DNA of 44,568 nt from a virus (lineage: Duplodnaviria > Caudoviricetes): IMG/VR virus record IMGVR_UViG_3300047121_000734, positions 1 through 44,568 of that record; one strand, 5' to 3'. Below, piece by piece: positions 1-7,919 of this stretch (position 1 is its first letter; every line of letters starts with the position of its first letter). The translations under genes were made by a program, and so were the position numbers. A model generated the notes under the pieces. It ran no database searches and was not told where the DNA came from. It saw only the letters and a list, made by a program, of their open reading frames with translations.

Positions 1-127
1 CAAAGCGTTGTCGCCCAACGGTAACAATACGTCCGTGCCTCTTGTGGGTACGGTGGACACCGAGATGGTCATCACCCCGGCTTCAGGGGATTACGTGGTA
101 CGCCCGCCAGATCTGCAAGCGGATGTG
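1..127. repeat. Terminal direct repeat copy 1 (identical to 44442-44568); circular assembly overlap
   Basis: Bases 1-127 equal 44442-44568; the repressor ORF reads in frame across the junction. Confidence 0.97.
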
Positions 128-370
128 GTAGCGTTATTTAACATTGCCAGCCGCTGGCTGTACTACGTCCAACGCACTGAAGTGAACCGCATGTCTGACG
201 CGATCAATCGCTACTGCATGGTGCAGTCCGATGGCGCGCCGTTTGCCCGCCTGGCCTACGTGCGGCAGGGACTGAGCAACGAATTGATGACGCAGACGGA
301 CCTTCGCTCCGTTCCAGTAGTTGCTCAAATTGAGCACGCTGCGCCGGTGCTTCTCATTAAGCCTCTCTAG
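1..370 (+). CDS. 3' part of CI-like XRE repressor (starts at 44236, ~191 aa across the origin); degenerate S24-like C-terminal domain
   Basis: In frame with ATG 44236; VPLVGTV...RPP...CMVQSDG...PVLLIKP resembles CI C-terminal domains. Confidence 0.8.
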   Translation, partial: KALSPNGNNTSVPLVGTVDTEMVITPASGDYVVRPPDLQADVVALFNIASRWLYYVQRTEVNRMSDAINRYCMVQSDGAPFARLAYVRQGLSNELMTQTDLRSVPVVAQIEHAAPVLLIKPL

Positions 371-396
371 GTTCAACAAAAGTTCATGATGTTCGC

Positions 397-425
397 TTGA
401 CGATGTAAAAGCGTCAGCGTAGCGT
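397..425 (+). promoter_or_regulatory. Putative sigma70-type promoter for the recombination operon
   Basis: TTGACG-17 bp-TAGCGT upstream of ATG 473. Confidence 0.55.
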
Positions 426-472
426 TCGCTTTCACCGTTGCGATAAACACAACGGCAGTTAGAAAAACCAAA

Positions 473-1393
473 ATGAAACGAACCAACATCCTCCCTTCCG
501 ACAAGGAAGCATGGCTCGCCCTGCGCGGCCTCGACATCACCTCCACCGACGTGTCCGCCCTGTTCGGGCTGTCACCGTACAAGACCCGCCTGCAGCTGTG
601 GCACGAGAAAGCCACCGGCGCCTCCGACTCGTTCGAAGAGACCGAGCGCATGAAGTGGGGCACGCGGCTACAGGACACCATCGCCCGCGGCATTGCCGAA
701 GATCAGGGCTGGGAGATCCGCGCCCGCAACGTCTACTCCCGCATCGAAGAGCGCCGCATCGGCAGCAGCTTCGACTTTGAGATCATCAATCACCCTGACG
801 GTCCCGGGCTGCTCGAGATCAAGAACGTCGATTACCTCGTCTTCCGCGACAAGTGGTCCGAGGAAGACGGCATCGTCGAGGCGCCCGCGCACATCGAGCT
901 CCAGCTGCAGCACCAGCTGCTGGTGACCGGTCGCGCTTGGGGCGTCATCGCCGCGCTCGTGGCGGGCAACCAGGTCAAGTACGCGATCCGTTTGGCGGAC
1001 CCGGATGTGCACTCGCAGATCCTCGATGAGGTCGCGCGCTTCTGGGCATCGGTCGCCTCCGGGGTCGCACCCGAACCGCACTACCCCGAGGATGCCGAGG
1101 TCGTCGCTCGCCTGCACGTCAAGGCCAACCCGGGTGAGGTGGTGGACGCCACCGGCGACCTGGAGCTCGACGAGCTCGTCGCGCGCTACAAGCACGTCTC
1201 TTCCGAGATCAGCGGACTGGAAGAGATCAAGGACACCATCAAGGCGCAGGTGCTCACCCGCATCGGCACCGCAGAGAAAGTCATCGGCAGCGGCTGGTCC
1301 ATCAGCGCTGGCGTAACCGCCGCCAAGGAAGTCCCGGCCTACGTGCGCCAGGCCTATCGCGGGTTCCGTATCAACGTCAAGAAAGTCAAGTAA
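473..1393 (+). CDS. YqaJ-like (lambda-exonuclease family) viral recombination nuclease
   Basis: WLALR..ITSTD, SPYKT..QLWHEK, WGTRLQ, SFD, LEIK, QLQHQL motifs. Confidence 0.92.
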   Translation: MKRTNILPSDKEAWLALRGLDITSTDVSALFGLSPYKTRLQLWHEKATGASDSFEETERMKWGTRLQDTIARGIAEDQGWEIRARNVYSRIEERRIGSSFDFEIINHPDGPGLLEIKNVDYLVFRDKWSEEDGIVEAPAHIELQLQHQLLVTGRAWGVIAALVAGNQVKYAIRLADPDVHSQILDEVARFWASVASGVAPEPHYPEDAEVVARLHVKANPGEVVDATGDLELDELVARYKHVSSEISGLEEIKDTIKAQVLTRIGTAEKVIGSGWSISAGVTAAKEVPAYVRQAYRGFRINVKKVK

Positions 1394-1411
1394 CACCCAC
1401 ACCAACACACC

Positions 1412-2314
1412 ATGAATAACAACAACAACCAACTGGTTCCCCTGGCAGACATCGAGCGCATGGGGATGGCCATTGCCAAGAGCGGACTCTTCGGGGTGCG
1501 CACCCCCGAGCAAGCGATTGCGCTCATGCTCATCGCCCAGGCCGAGGGGCTCCCTCCGGCGATCGCCGCGCGCGATTACCACGTCATCGAGGGGCGCCCC
1601 ACACTGAAGGCCGATGCCATGCTTGCCCGCTTCCAGCAGGCTGGCGGCAGGGTAGCGTGGGGCTCATACACCAACGACACCGTGTCAGCGGAGTTTAGCC
1701 ACCCGCAGGGCGGTGTGGTCACCATCACCTGGACGATGGCCATGGCCAAGGCCGCAGGGCTTGCCGGGCGCAAGATTTGGGCACAGTACCCTCGGCAGAT
1801 GCTGCGGGCGCGCGTGATCTCGGAGGGCATCCGCACGGTGTTCCCCGGGGTGCTGGTGGGCTCGTACACGCCCGAAGAGGTCGAGGACATGCGCGAGGAT
1901 AAGCCGGTCGCACCGGCGCCTGCGCCGCGCCGCAAGGCCCCGGCAGTCATCGAGGCCGAGCCGGTCCCCGCATTACCGGCGCCCGAGCCAGAGTCCGAAC
2001 CGCAGCCGCAGCCGCGCGCATTCGTGCTCGAGGACGCGATCGCGGCCATCAACGGGGCGCAGAGCATGGATGAGCTCAAGGCGATCTACACCGACGCTTA
2101 CAACGCCGCGGACGCGCTGGGGGACGACGCTTCGATCGCCGAGCTCGTGCGGGTCAAGGACGCGCGAAAGGTTGCGCTGGCGCCCAAGGGGTCAGCCAGG
2201 TTGAAGAAGGTGTTGGCCAAGCCTGCGCCAGCACCGGAGCCAGAGCCGGAACCCACAGCGGAACCGGAGAACACCGACGACATTCCCTTTGGCGATGAGG
2301 AGGCACCGCTGTAA
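1412..2314 (+). CDS. RecT/Red-beta-like ssDNA annealing protein
   Basis: Follows YqaJ; HVIEGRPTL, W..YPRQMLRAR, YTPEE; acidic DDIPF-containing tail. Confidence 0.8.
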   Translation: MNNNNNQLVPLADIERMGMAIAKSGLFGVRTPEQAIALMLIAQAEGLPPAIAARDYHVIEGRPTLKADAMLARFQQAGGRVAWGSYTNDTVSAEFSHPQGGVVTITWTMAMAKAAGLAGRKIWAQYPRQMLRARVISEGIRTVFPGVLVGSYTPEEVEDMREDKPVAPAPAPRRKAPAVIEAEPVPALPAPEPESEPQPQPRAFVLEDAIAAINGAQSMDELKAIYTDAYNAADALGDDASIAELVRVKDARKVALAPKGSARLKKVLAKPAPAPEPEPEPTAEPENTDDIPFGDEEAPL

Positions 2315-2316
2315 GC

Positions 2317-2517
2317 ATGAACAAGAACATCTGGATCACACCTGAGCAGCTGGCCGAGCGGTTGCAGATCGCTTTGGGGACCTTGGCGAACTGGCGCACC
2401 CGGCGCCAGGGGCCGAAATACATCCGCCTGTCTGGCAAACGCGGGTCGGTGCGCTACCGGCTCGACGATGTCGAGCGGTGGGAGCAGCAGCAGCAAGAGG
2501 AGGACGATCAGGCGTGA
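2317..2517 (+). CDS. AlpA/excisionase-like winged-HTH protein
   Basis: ITPEQLAERLQIALGTLANWR...GPKYI...VRYRLDDVERW. Confidence 0.85.
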   Translation: MNKNIWITPEQLAERLQIALGTLANWRTRRQGPKYIRLSGKRGSVRYRLDDVERWEQQQQEEDDQA

Positions 2518-3194
2518 GAGTCATGCCTGCCAATTCGACCGGCTGGTTCTGGCACTGCCTAGCTAGAGAGACCGGCTGCATCGGCCACCTGTTCTCCCCT
2601 GGGGGACAGCGTGGCCCTTGGCCGTGGATGCCCTACGCCCTGGACAATGGTGCCTTCTCCGCTTGGGACAGGGACACCAATCGCTGGGATGAAGCGCGCT
2701 GGAATGTGGACGCATGGCGGCGTTTGATTTTCTGGGCGCAGTCGAACCCGCAGCCTCCGCTGTGGGCGATCGTGCCGGACGTGCCGGGCAACGCGCAAGA
2801 GACGCTCGAGCGCTACAAGCGCTTCGTTGCCGAAGTGCCCTTCGTCAAGGCGTTGGCGGTGCAGGACGGCATGAGCGTGGAGCAGGCCCGGGAAGTGAAC
2901 CCCGATGTCATCTGCGTTGGCGGAACCACGGAATGGAAATGGGCAACCGTGGAACAGTGGGCCAAGGCATTTCCTCGGGTGCATGTTCTGCGCTGCAATT
3001 CACCGGACAAACTTGTGTACTTGGATGGCTTGGGCGTTGAATCGTGCGATGGAACCGGCTGGGCTCGGGGCAATCGCACGCAGACGCAGGGGCTTGAAGA
3101 CTGGGCAAGGCTAAATGCTAAACCGATTACTACACCATTGGCGGATTTTGTTTGCCGCCAAGAACGAAACAAAACACAACTCACATTCGCTTAA
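2514..3194 (+). CDS. DpdA-like / tRNA-guanine transglycosylase-fold protein (putative DNA 7-deazaguanine insertion)
   Basis: GTG 2514 overlaps the previous stop; YALDNGAFS, VPDVPGN, AVQDG, VGGTTEWK, RVHV, ESCDGTGW follow the phage DpdA-like motif order. Confidence 0.65.
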   Translation: MRVMPANSTGWFWHCLARETGCIGHLFSPGGQRGPWPWMPYALDNGAFSAWDRDTNRWDEARWNVDAWRRLIFWAQSNPQPPLWAIVPDVPGNAQETLERYKRFVAEVPFVKALAVQDGMSVEQAREVNPDVICVGGTTEWKWATVEQWAKAFPRVHVLRCNSPDKLVYLDGLGVESCDGTGWARGNRTQTQGLEDWARLNAKPITTPLADFVCRQERNKTQLTFA

Positions 3195-3198
3195 TCCT

Positions 3199-3444
3199 AT
3201 GGGACCACATGAACACCACGAACAGTGGGTAGAAGAACGCAAGAACGTCTGGGCGCAGCTGATTTGCCCAGTGTCAATCGATGCTCTGATAAAACTTGCC
3301 GACATCGCGCCCCCCGGGGCGTTGATCCGATCGGGCGGTCAGACGTTTCACGAAGGGGCCTTCCACGAGATCCTTGAAGTGGTTGTGCCCGCCACCGCAG
3401 AGGAAGGCATTCAACCGGAGGAGACCAATGAGACGGCATCTTAA
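3199..3444 (+). CDS. Hypothetical protein
   Basis: ATG 4 bp after the previous stop; operon packing. Confidence 0.55.
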   Translation: MGPHEHHEQWVEERKNVWAQLICPVSIDALIKLADIAPPGALIRSGGQTFHEGAFHEILEVVVPATAEEGIQPEETNETAS

Positions 3445-3700
3445 AGCGATCGCAACACTACCGGAGGCAAAAGCCTACATTATGGAACTGCGTAAGGTAG
3501 CGTCCGCGCGTAATACTGAGCTGTCTCAGTTGCGCAAGGCGCTGCGGGCAGAGCAGGCAAACAAGCGCGAATGGCTCAAGCAGCTGGCAGAGGCCGACAA
3601 GCGCGTGCGCCTGCAGGCCGACGTCATCGCTGCGATGGAAGAGGCACAGCGCCCCGAGGGAATCCTCGGCTGGATGCGCCGCGTATTTGCGCAAAAATAG
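3428..3700 (+). CDS. Hypothetical coiled-coil protein
   Basis: GGAGGAG SD before ATG 3428; helical heptad pattern; ends before a terminator. Confidence 0.65.
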   Translation: MRRHLKAIATLPEAKAYIMELRKVASARNTELSQLRKALRAEQANKREWLKQLAEADKRVRLQADVIAAMEEAQRPEGILGWMRRVFAQK

Positions 3701-3727
3701 ATCGCACCAACGCGCAAAAGCACAAGC

Positions 3728-3768
3728 AACCCCCTGTGGACCACTGGTTTGCAGGGGGTTTTCTTTTT
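3728..3768 (+). terminator. Intrinsic terminator
   Basis: AACCCCCTG...CAGGGGGTT stem followed by TTCTTTTT. Confidence 0.8.
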
Positions 3769-3782
3769 CCACAAAAATTCAC

Positions 3783-3810
3783 TTGCATCCCCTAAGTCCA
3801 ACGCTAGGTT
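3783..3810 (+). promoter_or_regulatory. Putative promoter for the small-gene operon
   Basis: TTGCAT-16 bp-TAGGTT, preceded by AAAAATT, between terminator and ATG 3846. Confidence 0.45.
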
Positions 3811-3845
3811 GGTGACGTTGTCATCACGACAACACACAGCAACAT

Positions 3846-4007
3846 ATGAAACCAACCACTGTATTGTTAACCAGCCTCGCGCTGGGGTACTTCGACATCA
3901 TTAACCTGGCCCGCGTGGCCGGGCAAACCGAGGCGTTCTTTTGGGGCGCGCTGATGCTGATAAATCTGCCGATCACCATCCTGGCTGCAAAGGAGGTTGT
4001 CGAATGA
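3846..4007 (+). CDS. Small membrane protein (53 aa, not in ORF track)
   Basis: MKPTTVLLTSLALGYFDIINLARVAGQTEAFFWGALMLINLPITILAAKEVVE; two hydrophobic stretches; ATGA overlap with next gene. Confidence 0.7.
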   Translation: MKPTTVLLTSLALGYFDIINLARVAGQTEAFFWGALMLINLPITILAAKEVVE

Positions 4008-4387
4008 CCCGCACAGAACGTCCTTTCTTTGGGCATCGCGGCAACTGGAGCCTTATCTCGTCGAGGATTCAATGCTGGGCGGATGCTGTGGATTGTCTCG
4101 TGTACCACATTAATGACGAAGCAGTGCTGGCGTTGGATGGGGATGAAGCCGCGAAGATCGCTGTGGGTGAAGGTTCCATGGGGGAACTGAAGGAAGTGCA
4201 GTCGGAGATTCGCGCGCTTGAATGCAAGATCTGGGATCTCGAAGACGAGCTCGCCAAGCTTGAGCAGCAGGAGAAAAAGCTGCTGGATGCCATCAAGCTC
4301 AACAAACTGCTTGGCGTTCAGAAGGAGCCGGAATGGGTGCGCAATCATCCGACGTTTGCGTTTTGCCAGAAGGAGGTGGCGCCATGA
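4004..4387 (+). CDS. Hypothetical coiled-coil protein
   Basis: AGGAGGT SD, ATGA coupling, heptad-rich C-terminal half. Confidence 0.7.
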   Translation: MTRTERPFFGHRGNWSLISSRIQCWADAVDCLVYHINDEAVLALDGDEAAKIAVGEGSMGELKEVQSEIRALECKIWDLEDELAKLEQQEKKLLDAIKLNKLLGVQKEPEWVRNHPTFAFCQKEVAP

Positions 4388-4695
4388 CCGCGCGCGACAT
4401 TTACCGGCAGTCGCTGTGCGAGCGCATCGGCATCCCGGTGCTGTCGTTCCGCGCGTGCCGGGTGATCGAGCGCTACCAGCTGTTCACTGTCGCCCAGCTG
4501 GTGGCCTGGCTGCGATCGCCTGCCAGTCAGTTGGCGCAGAACGTGGGCCCGATGACCCGGGCGGAACTGTGCGATGCGGTCGGTGTGCCGCACGCCGCCG
4601 CGCCGATGACCCTGCAGGGGAAGCTCAACGCAGCGCTCGAGCGCATTACAGAGCTCGAGGAAGCGCTTGCCAGGCGTGAGGAGGTGCACCCATGA
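4384..4695 (+). CDS. RNA polymerase alpha-CTD-like (HhH) protein
   Basis: LSFRACRVIERYQLFTVAQLV...QNVGPMTRAEL parallels the alphaCTD pattern LSVR..N.L....I.TV.DL...N.G.KS..EI. Confidence 0.5.
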   Translation: MTARDIYRQSLCERIGIPVLSFRACRVIERYQLFTVAQLVAWLRSPASQLAQNVGPMTRAELCDAVGVPHAAAPMTLQGKLNAALERITELEEALARREEVHP

Positions 4696-4898
4696 GCGAG
4701 CCAACCCAAGAAGCCATCCGCGAGGAGATGCGCCTGCTGGTGGGGCGCCTGGCGAACATGATGCTGGCGCTGGACACCCCGCAGATGACCTACATTGCGA
4801 AGGTATCCGGCGGGAACTTCGATGGACAGACCATCGGGGTGGCGCTGATCTTCGGAGACCCCGAACTGGAGGCCGAGCGCGACGATGAGCTCTCCTGA
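4692..4898 (+). CDS. Hypothetical protein
   Basis: AGGAGGT SD and ATGA coupling. Confidence 0.65.
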   Translation: MSEPTQEAIREEMRLLVGRLANMMLALDTPQMTYIAKVSGGNFDGQTIGVALIFGDPELEAERDDELS

Positions 4899-5091
4899 CG
4901 TGTACCGCATTCAGTGCCGCGAGACCGGCTGCTGGCTCTCAGCGACCGGCGACCGGGACCTGTGGGTCAGCTACCGGGACATCCGGCACGCCACCACGTT
5001 CTCCACCGTGGCAGAGGCCAAACACGCCGCGGCGTTTTTCAAGTTGCCATACGCCCGGTTCCGCATTACAACGTCGACTCAGATGCCGTAA
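4885..5091 (+). CDS. Hypothetical protein
   Basis: Overlaps the previous gene, phage-like codon usage, ends before a terminator. Confidence 0.6.
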   Translation: MSSPDVYRIQCRETGCWLSATGDRDLWVSYRDIRHATTFSTVAEAKHAAAFFKLPYARFRITTSTQMP

Positions 5092-5120
5092 ACCAAAGGT
5101 GCTGAGCGGTATCTGGTGAG

Positions 5121-5167
5121 AAAAAAAGGGGGCCCGTCACCGAGTGGTGGCGGGCTTTCTCTTTTTG
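5121..5167. terminator. Bidirectional intrinsic terminator
   Basis: A-run, GCCCGTCACC-GAGT-GGTGGCGGGC hairpin, then TTTCTCTTTTT. Confidence 0.8.
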
Positions 5168-5177
5168 GGCATGAGCC

Positions 5178-5475
5178 ACCTACACAAGTGCGGCGTAGAC
5201 GATCCACTCCTGTAGACGCAATCGTAGACGCGTTAAGTCGTCTGATGTCATCGGGTTACGCTACTGTCTACTATGTCTACACTACTACTACTTATATAGG
5301 GGTATATAGGTATATAGGGGTATAGGACTCTCCAGCACTCCCATGAGATTCTTTTTATTTTTGAGAACCGGAGTGTACAAACGTAGACGACGCGAAAGTG
5401 CCTCACCCTGAGTGTGATGCCGCTCTACACTGCCCATTTTCGTGTGTGGACTGAGTGTAGTTGCTCTTGTAGACC
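5178..5475. repeat. Iteron-like GTAGAC/GTCTAC cluster with TATATAGG repeats; candidate replication origin or packaging site
   Basis: GTAGAC at 5195, 5212, 5224, 5383, 5469; GTCTAC at 5266, 5275; (CTA)n and 3x TATATAGG at ~5280-5320; T-rich tract ~5348-5362. Confidence 0.6.
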
Positions 5476-5484
5476 GGTTTGGCG

Positions 5485-5513
5485 TTGACGAGCCAAAAGT
5501 TCGTGGCCATCAT
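5485..5513 (+). promoter_or_regulatory. Putative promoter upstream of terminase
   Basis: TTGACG-17 bp-CATCAT. Confidence 0.5.
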
Positions 5514-5537
5514 GTGTTTCAGCTTTTCTAAAACACT

Positions 5538-5834
5538 ATGGCTAAGGGAAAAAGAACTGGCGGGCGCCAGAAGGGAACGCCGAACAAGATCACCCGCGAC
5601 TTGAAAGAGGCGATCCTTCGCGCCTACGAACGGGCTGGTGGAATCGAGTACCTCGAGACCATCGCCAGGCTCGACCCGCGAACATTCGCGATGCTGCTCT
5701 CGAAGGTCCTGCCCATGCAGGTCACCGGTGCTGGCGGTGCTGGCCCGGTTGTCATCGAGGTGGTGACCGGCATCAGCCGGTGCCCGGACGACCCCGCGGT
5801 GGACCCCTTCGATGACGATGAGGCAGCGAGTTGA
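5538..5834 (+). CDS. terS: Terminase small subunit
   Basis: GKRTGGRQKGTPNK N-terminus; directly upstream of TerL. Confidence 0.8.
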   Translation: MAKGKRTGGRQKGTPNKITRDLKEAILRAYERAGGIEYLETIARLDPRTFAMLLSKVLPMQVTGAGGAGPVVIEVVTGISRCPDDPAVDPFDDDEAAS

Positions 5835-7119
5835 CCTAGGCTACGCGCCCCGGCAGTGGCAGCTGGCGGTCCACAACGGGCTCAAGCGCTTCTCGGTGGT
5901 GGTCATCCACCGGCGCGGCGGGAAGACCGTCATGGCGGTCATGCAGCTGATCCACGCGGCGATCCGCTGCCGCAAGGCTGACGGCCAGTTCGGCTACGTC
6001 GGGCCCCTGCTCAAGCAGACCAAGAAGATCGCCTGGAAATACCTCAAGCGCTTTTCCGCCCCGGTCCCGGGGATCAAGATCAACGAGAGCGAGCTCTCGG
6101 TCACCTTCCCCAACGGCGCGCAGATTACCCTGTTCGGCGCCGACAATCCCGATTCCCTGCGCGGCCTCTACTTTGACGGCGTGGTCCTCGATGAGGTCGC
6201 CGACATGAAGCCCGAGACCTGGGGCGAGATCCTGCGCCCGGCGATCGCCGATCGCAAAGGCTGGGCGCTGTTCATCGGCACGGTGAAGGGGGTCAACCTG
6301 CTTTCAGAGAAATACTTCGAGGCACTCAATGATCCTGAGTGGTACTCCGCGAACTACACCTGTTATCAGACGGACGCGCTGTCGCCCGATGAGATCGAAT
6401 CAATGAAGAAAGATATGAGTGAAAACCAGTTCCGCCAAGAGATGCTGAATGATTTCAGCGCGTCCAACCCCGACCAGCTGATCGCCTTCGAGCACGTGCA
6501 AGAGGCTGCAGGCAGACATCTGGCAGACACCGAGTTCGAGTTTTCACCGCGCATTCTGGGCGTGGACGTGGCGCGCTACGGGGACGACAAGAGCGTGATC
6601 TTCGGTCGCCAGGGGCTGGTGGCCTTTGAGCCGCAGGTCTACCAGTCGCTCAACAACATGGAGCTCGCGGCCAAGGTCGCGCAGGCGATCGTGGAGTGGA
6701 AGCCGGACGCGGTGTTCATCGATGCCGGCCGCGGGGAGGGGGTGATAGACCGCTTGCATCAACTCGGGCATGCTGTGGTGGGCGTGAACTTCGGTGGATC
6801 GCCGACTAAACCTCAGTTCGTGAACAAGCGTGGGGAGATGTGGTACGACATGGCGCAGTGGTTGAAAGCCGGGGCGAGCATACCGAACCATGCGCAGCTG
6901 AAGATCGAACTGTGCGCGCCCACCTACAGCTACGCCAATGCCGCGAACAAGTTCGAGCTCGAGAGCAAGGACGACCTGAAGAAGCGCGGCCTGCCATCGC
7001 CGGACATCGCTGACGCCCTGGCGCTCACCTTCGCCTACCCGGTCGCCCCCTCCCGGGGGCCTGGCGCATCACTGCACGCTGGTGGCCACGCGCTCACCGA
7101 TTACGACCCGTTCGCGTAA
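5818..7119 (+). CDS. terL: Terminase large subunit
   Basis: Walker A HRRGGKT, LRG..FDGVVLDE Walker B, GVDVARYGDD and SPDIADALALTFA nuclease motifs. Confidence 0.97.
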   Translation: MRQRVDLGYAPRQWQLAVHNGLKRFSVVVIHRRGGKTVMAVMQLIHAAIRCRKADGQFGYVGPLLKQTKKIAWKYLKRFSAPVPGIKINESELSVTFPNGAQITLFGADNPDSLRGLYFDGVVLDEVADMKPETWGEILRPAIADRKGWALFIGTVKGVNLLSEKYFEALNDPEWYSANYTCYQTDALSPDEIESMKKDMSENQFRQEMLNDFSASNPDQLIAFEHVQEAAGRHLADTEFEFSPRILGVDVARYGDDKSVIFGRQGLVAFEPQVYQSLNNMELAAKVAQAIVEWKPDAVFIDAGRGEGVIDRLHQLGHAVVGVNFGGSPTKPQFVNKRGEMWYDMAQWLKAGASIPNHAQLKIELCAPTYSYANAANKFELESKDDLKKRGLPSPDIADALALTFAYPVAPSRGPGASLHAGGHALTDYDPFA

Positions 7120-7158
7120 ACCTGTTGACGCCAAGCGATGGGTCACGACAATACCGCC

Positions 7159-7614
7159 ATGGAGTTGTCTTTCCAACGTGAGCCGTTCACGCCAGCACTG
7201 GGCGAGGAAGGGCTCCCGCTTGGTCGGATGCACAACGCCGAGATCGGGGGCGTGACCTCGCAGCTGCGCGTTCGCGTGCCCGTAGAAATGTACCAGGCGC
7301 TCGACGCGCAGAACCTGCTGCGCATCTACACCGCACGCGAGGAGGGTACGCTTAAAGGCTACAACGTGTTTGCGCTGATGCTGCACCCGGAACTGGATGC
7401 GCTGATGGCGCAGCACGATGTGATGTTCCTGCACCCGACCGCTCGCACGGGATTCAATGCGCTTCGATTCATGCGCTGGTGCGATGAGCAACTGAAAGCC
7501 GACGGGGTCGCGTTTGTGACCCAGAACGTCACCGCAGGGCTCGACTACAGCAAGCTGCTCACGAGGATCGGCTACCAGCACCACGAGACTGTTTATATCA
7601 AACGACTGAACTGA
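7159..7614 (+). CDS. GNAT-family acetyltransferase-like protein
   Basis: HDVMFLHPTARTG, LLTRIGY motifs; TTGACG-16 bp-GACAAT promoter-like element at 7125-7152. Confidence 0.7.
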   Translation: MELSFQREPFTPALGEEGLPLGRMHNAEIGGVTSQLRVRVPVEMYQALDAQNLLRIYTAREEGTLKGYNVFALMLHPELDALMAQHDVMFLHPTARTGFNALRFMRWCDEQLKADGVAFVTQNVTAGLDYSKLLTRIGYQHHETVYIKRLN

Positions 7615-7616
7615 CT

Positions 7617-7919
7617 ATGGCCATAGGAACTACCACCGCACTGATCGCTGGCGCCGTTATTGGGGCCGGGGCCGGGGCTCTTGCCGCCAAAGCAAACAAG
7701 CCCAACATTCCAAACCCCGGCACGCCAGACATGAAGTCTCAAAGCGAGATTGACACCAGCGCGAAGGATCGCCAGGACCGCGCGCGTAAGAATGCGTTGG
7801 CGGCCTATGGGCGCACAGATACGCTGCTTACCGGAAGTCAGGGCTTGGGGGGCACAGGCACGCAGCCCGGGGCGCAGCAGAACTTCCAGAACATGGGCAA
7901 GAGCCTGCTCGGCCAATAA
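7617..7919 (+). CDS. Small virion/assembly protein preceding portal
   Basis: Gly/Ala N-terminus, TLLTG and KSLLG motifs typical at this position in podoviruses. Confidence 0.7.
   Translation: MAIGTTTALIAGAVIGAGAGALAAKANKPNIPNPGTPDMKSQSEIDTSAKDRQDRARKNALAAYGRTDTLLTGSQGLGGTGTQPGAQQNFQNMGKSLLGQ

Noticed and set aside
1-127. Biological terminal repeat
   Set aside because: 127 bp equals a common assembler k-mer overlap and falls mid-gene; indicates circularity only
5178-5475. CRISPR array, or the 69-aa ORF 5116-5325
   Set aside because: Repeats are hexamers with irregular spacing; the ORF is a low-complexity translation of the repeats and overlaps a terminator
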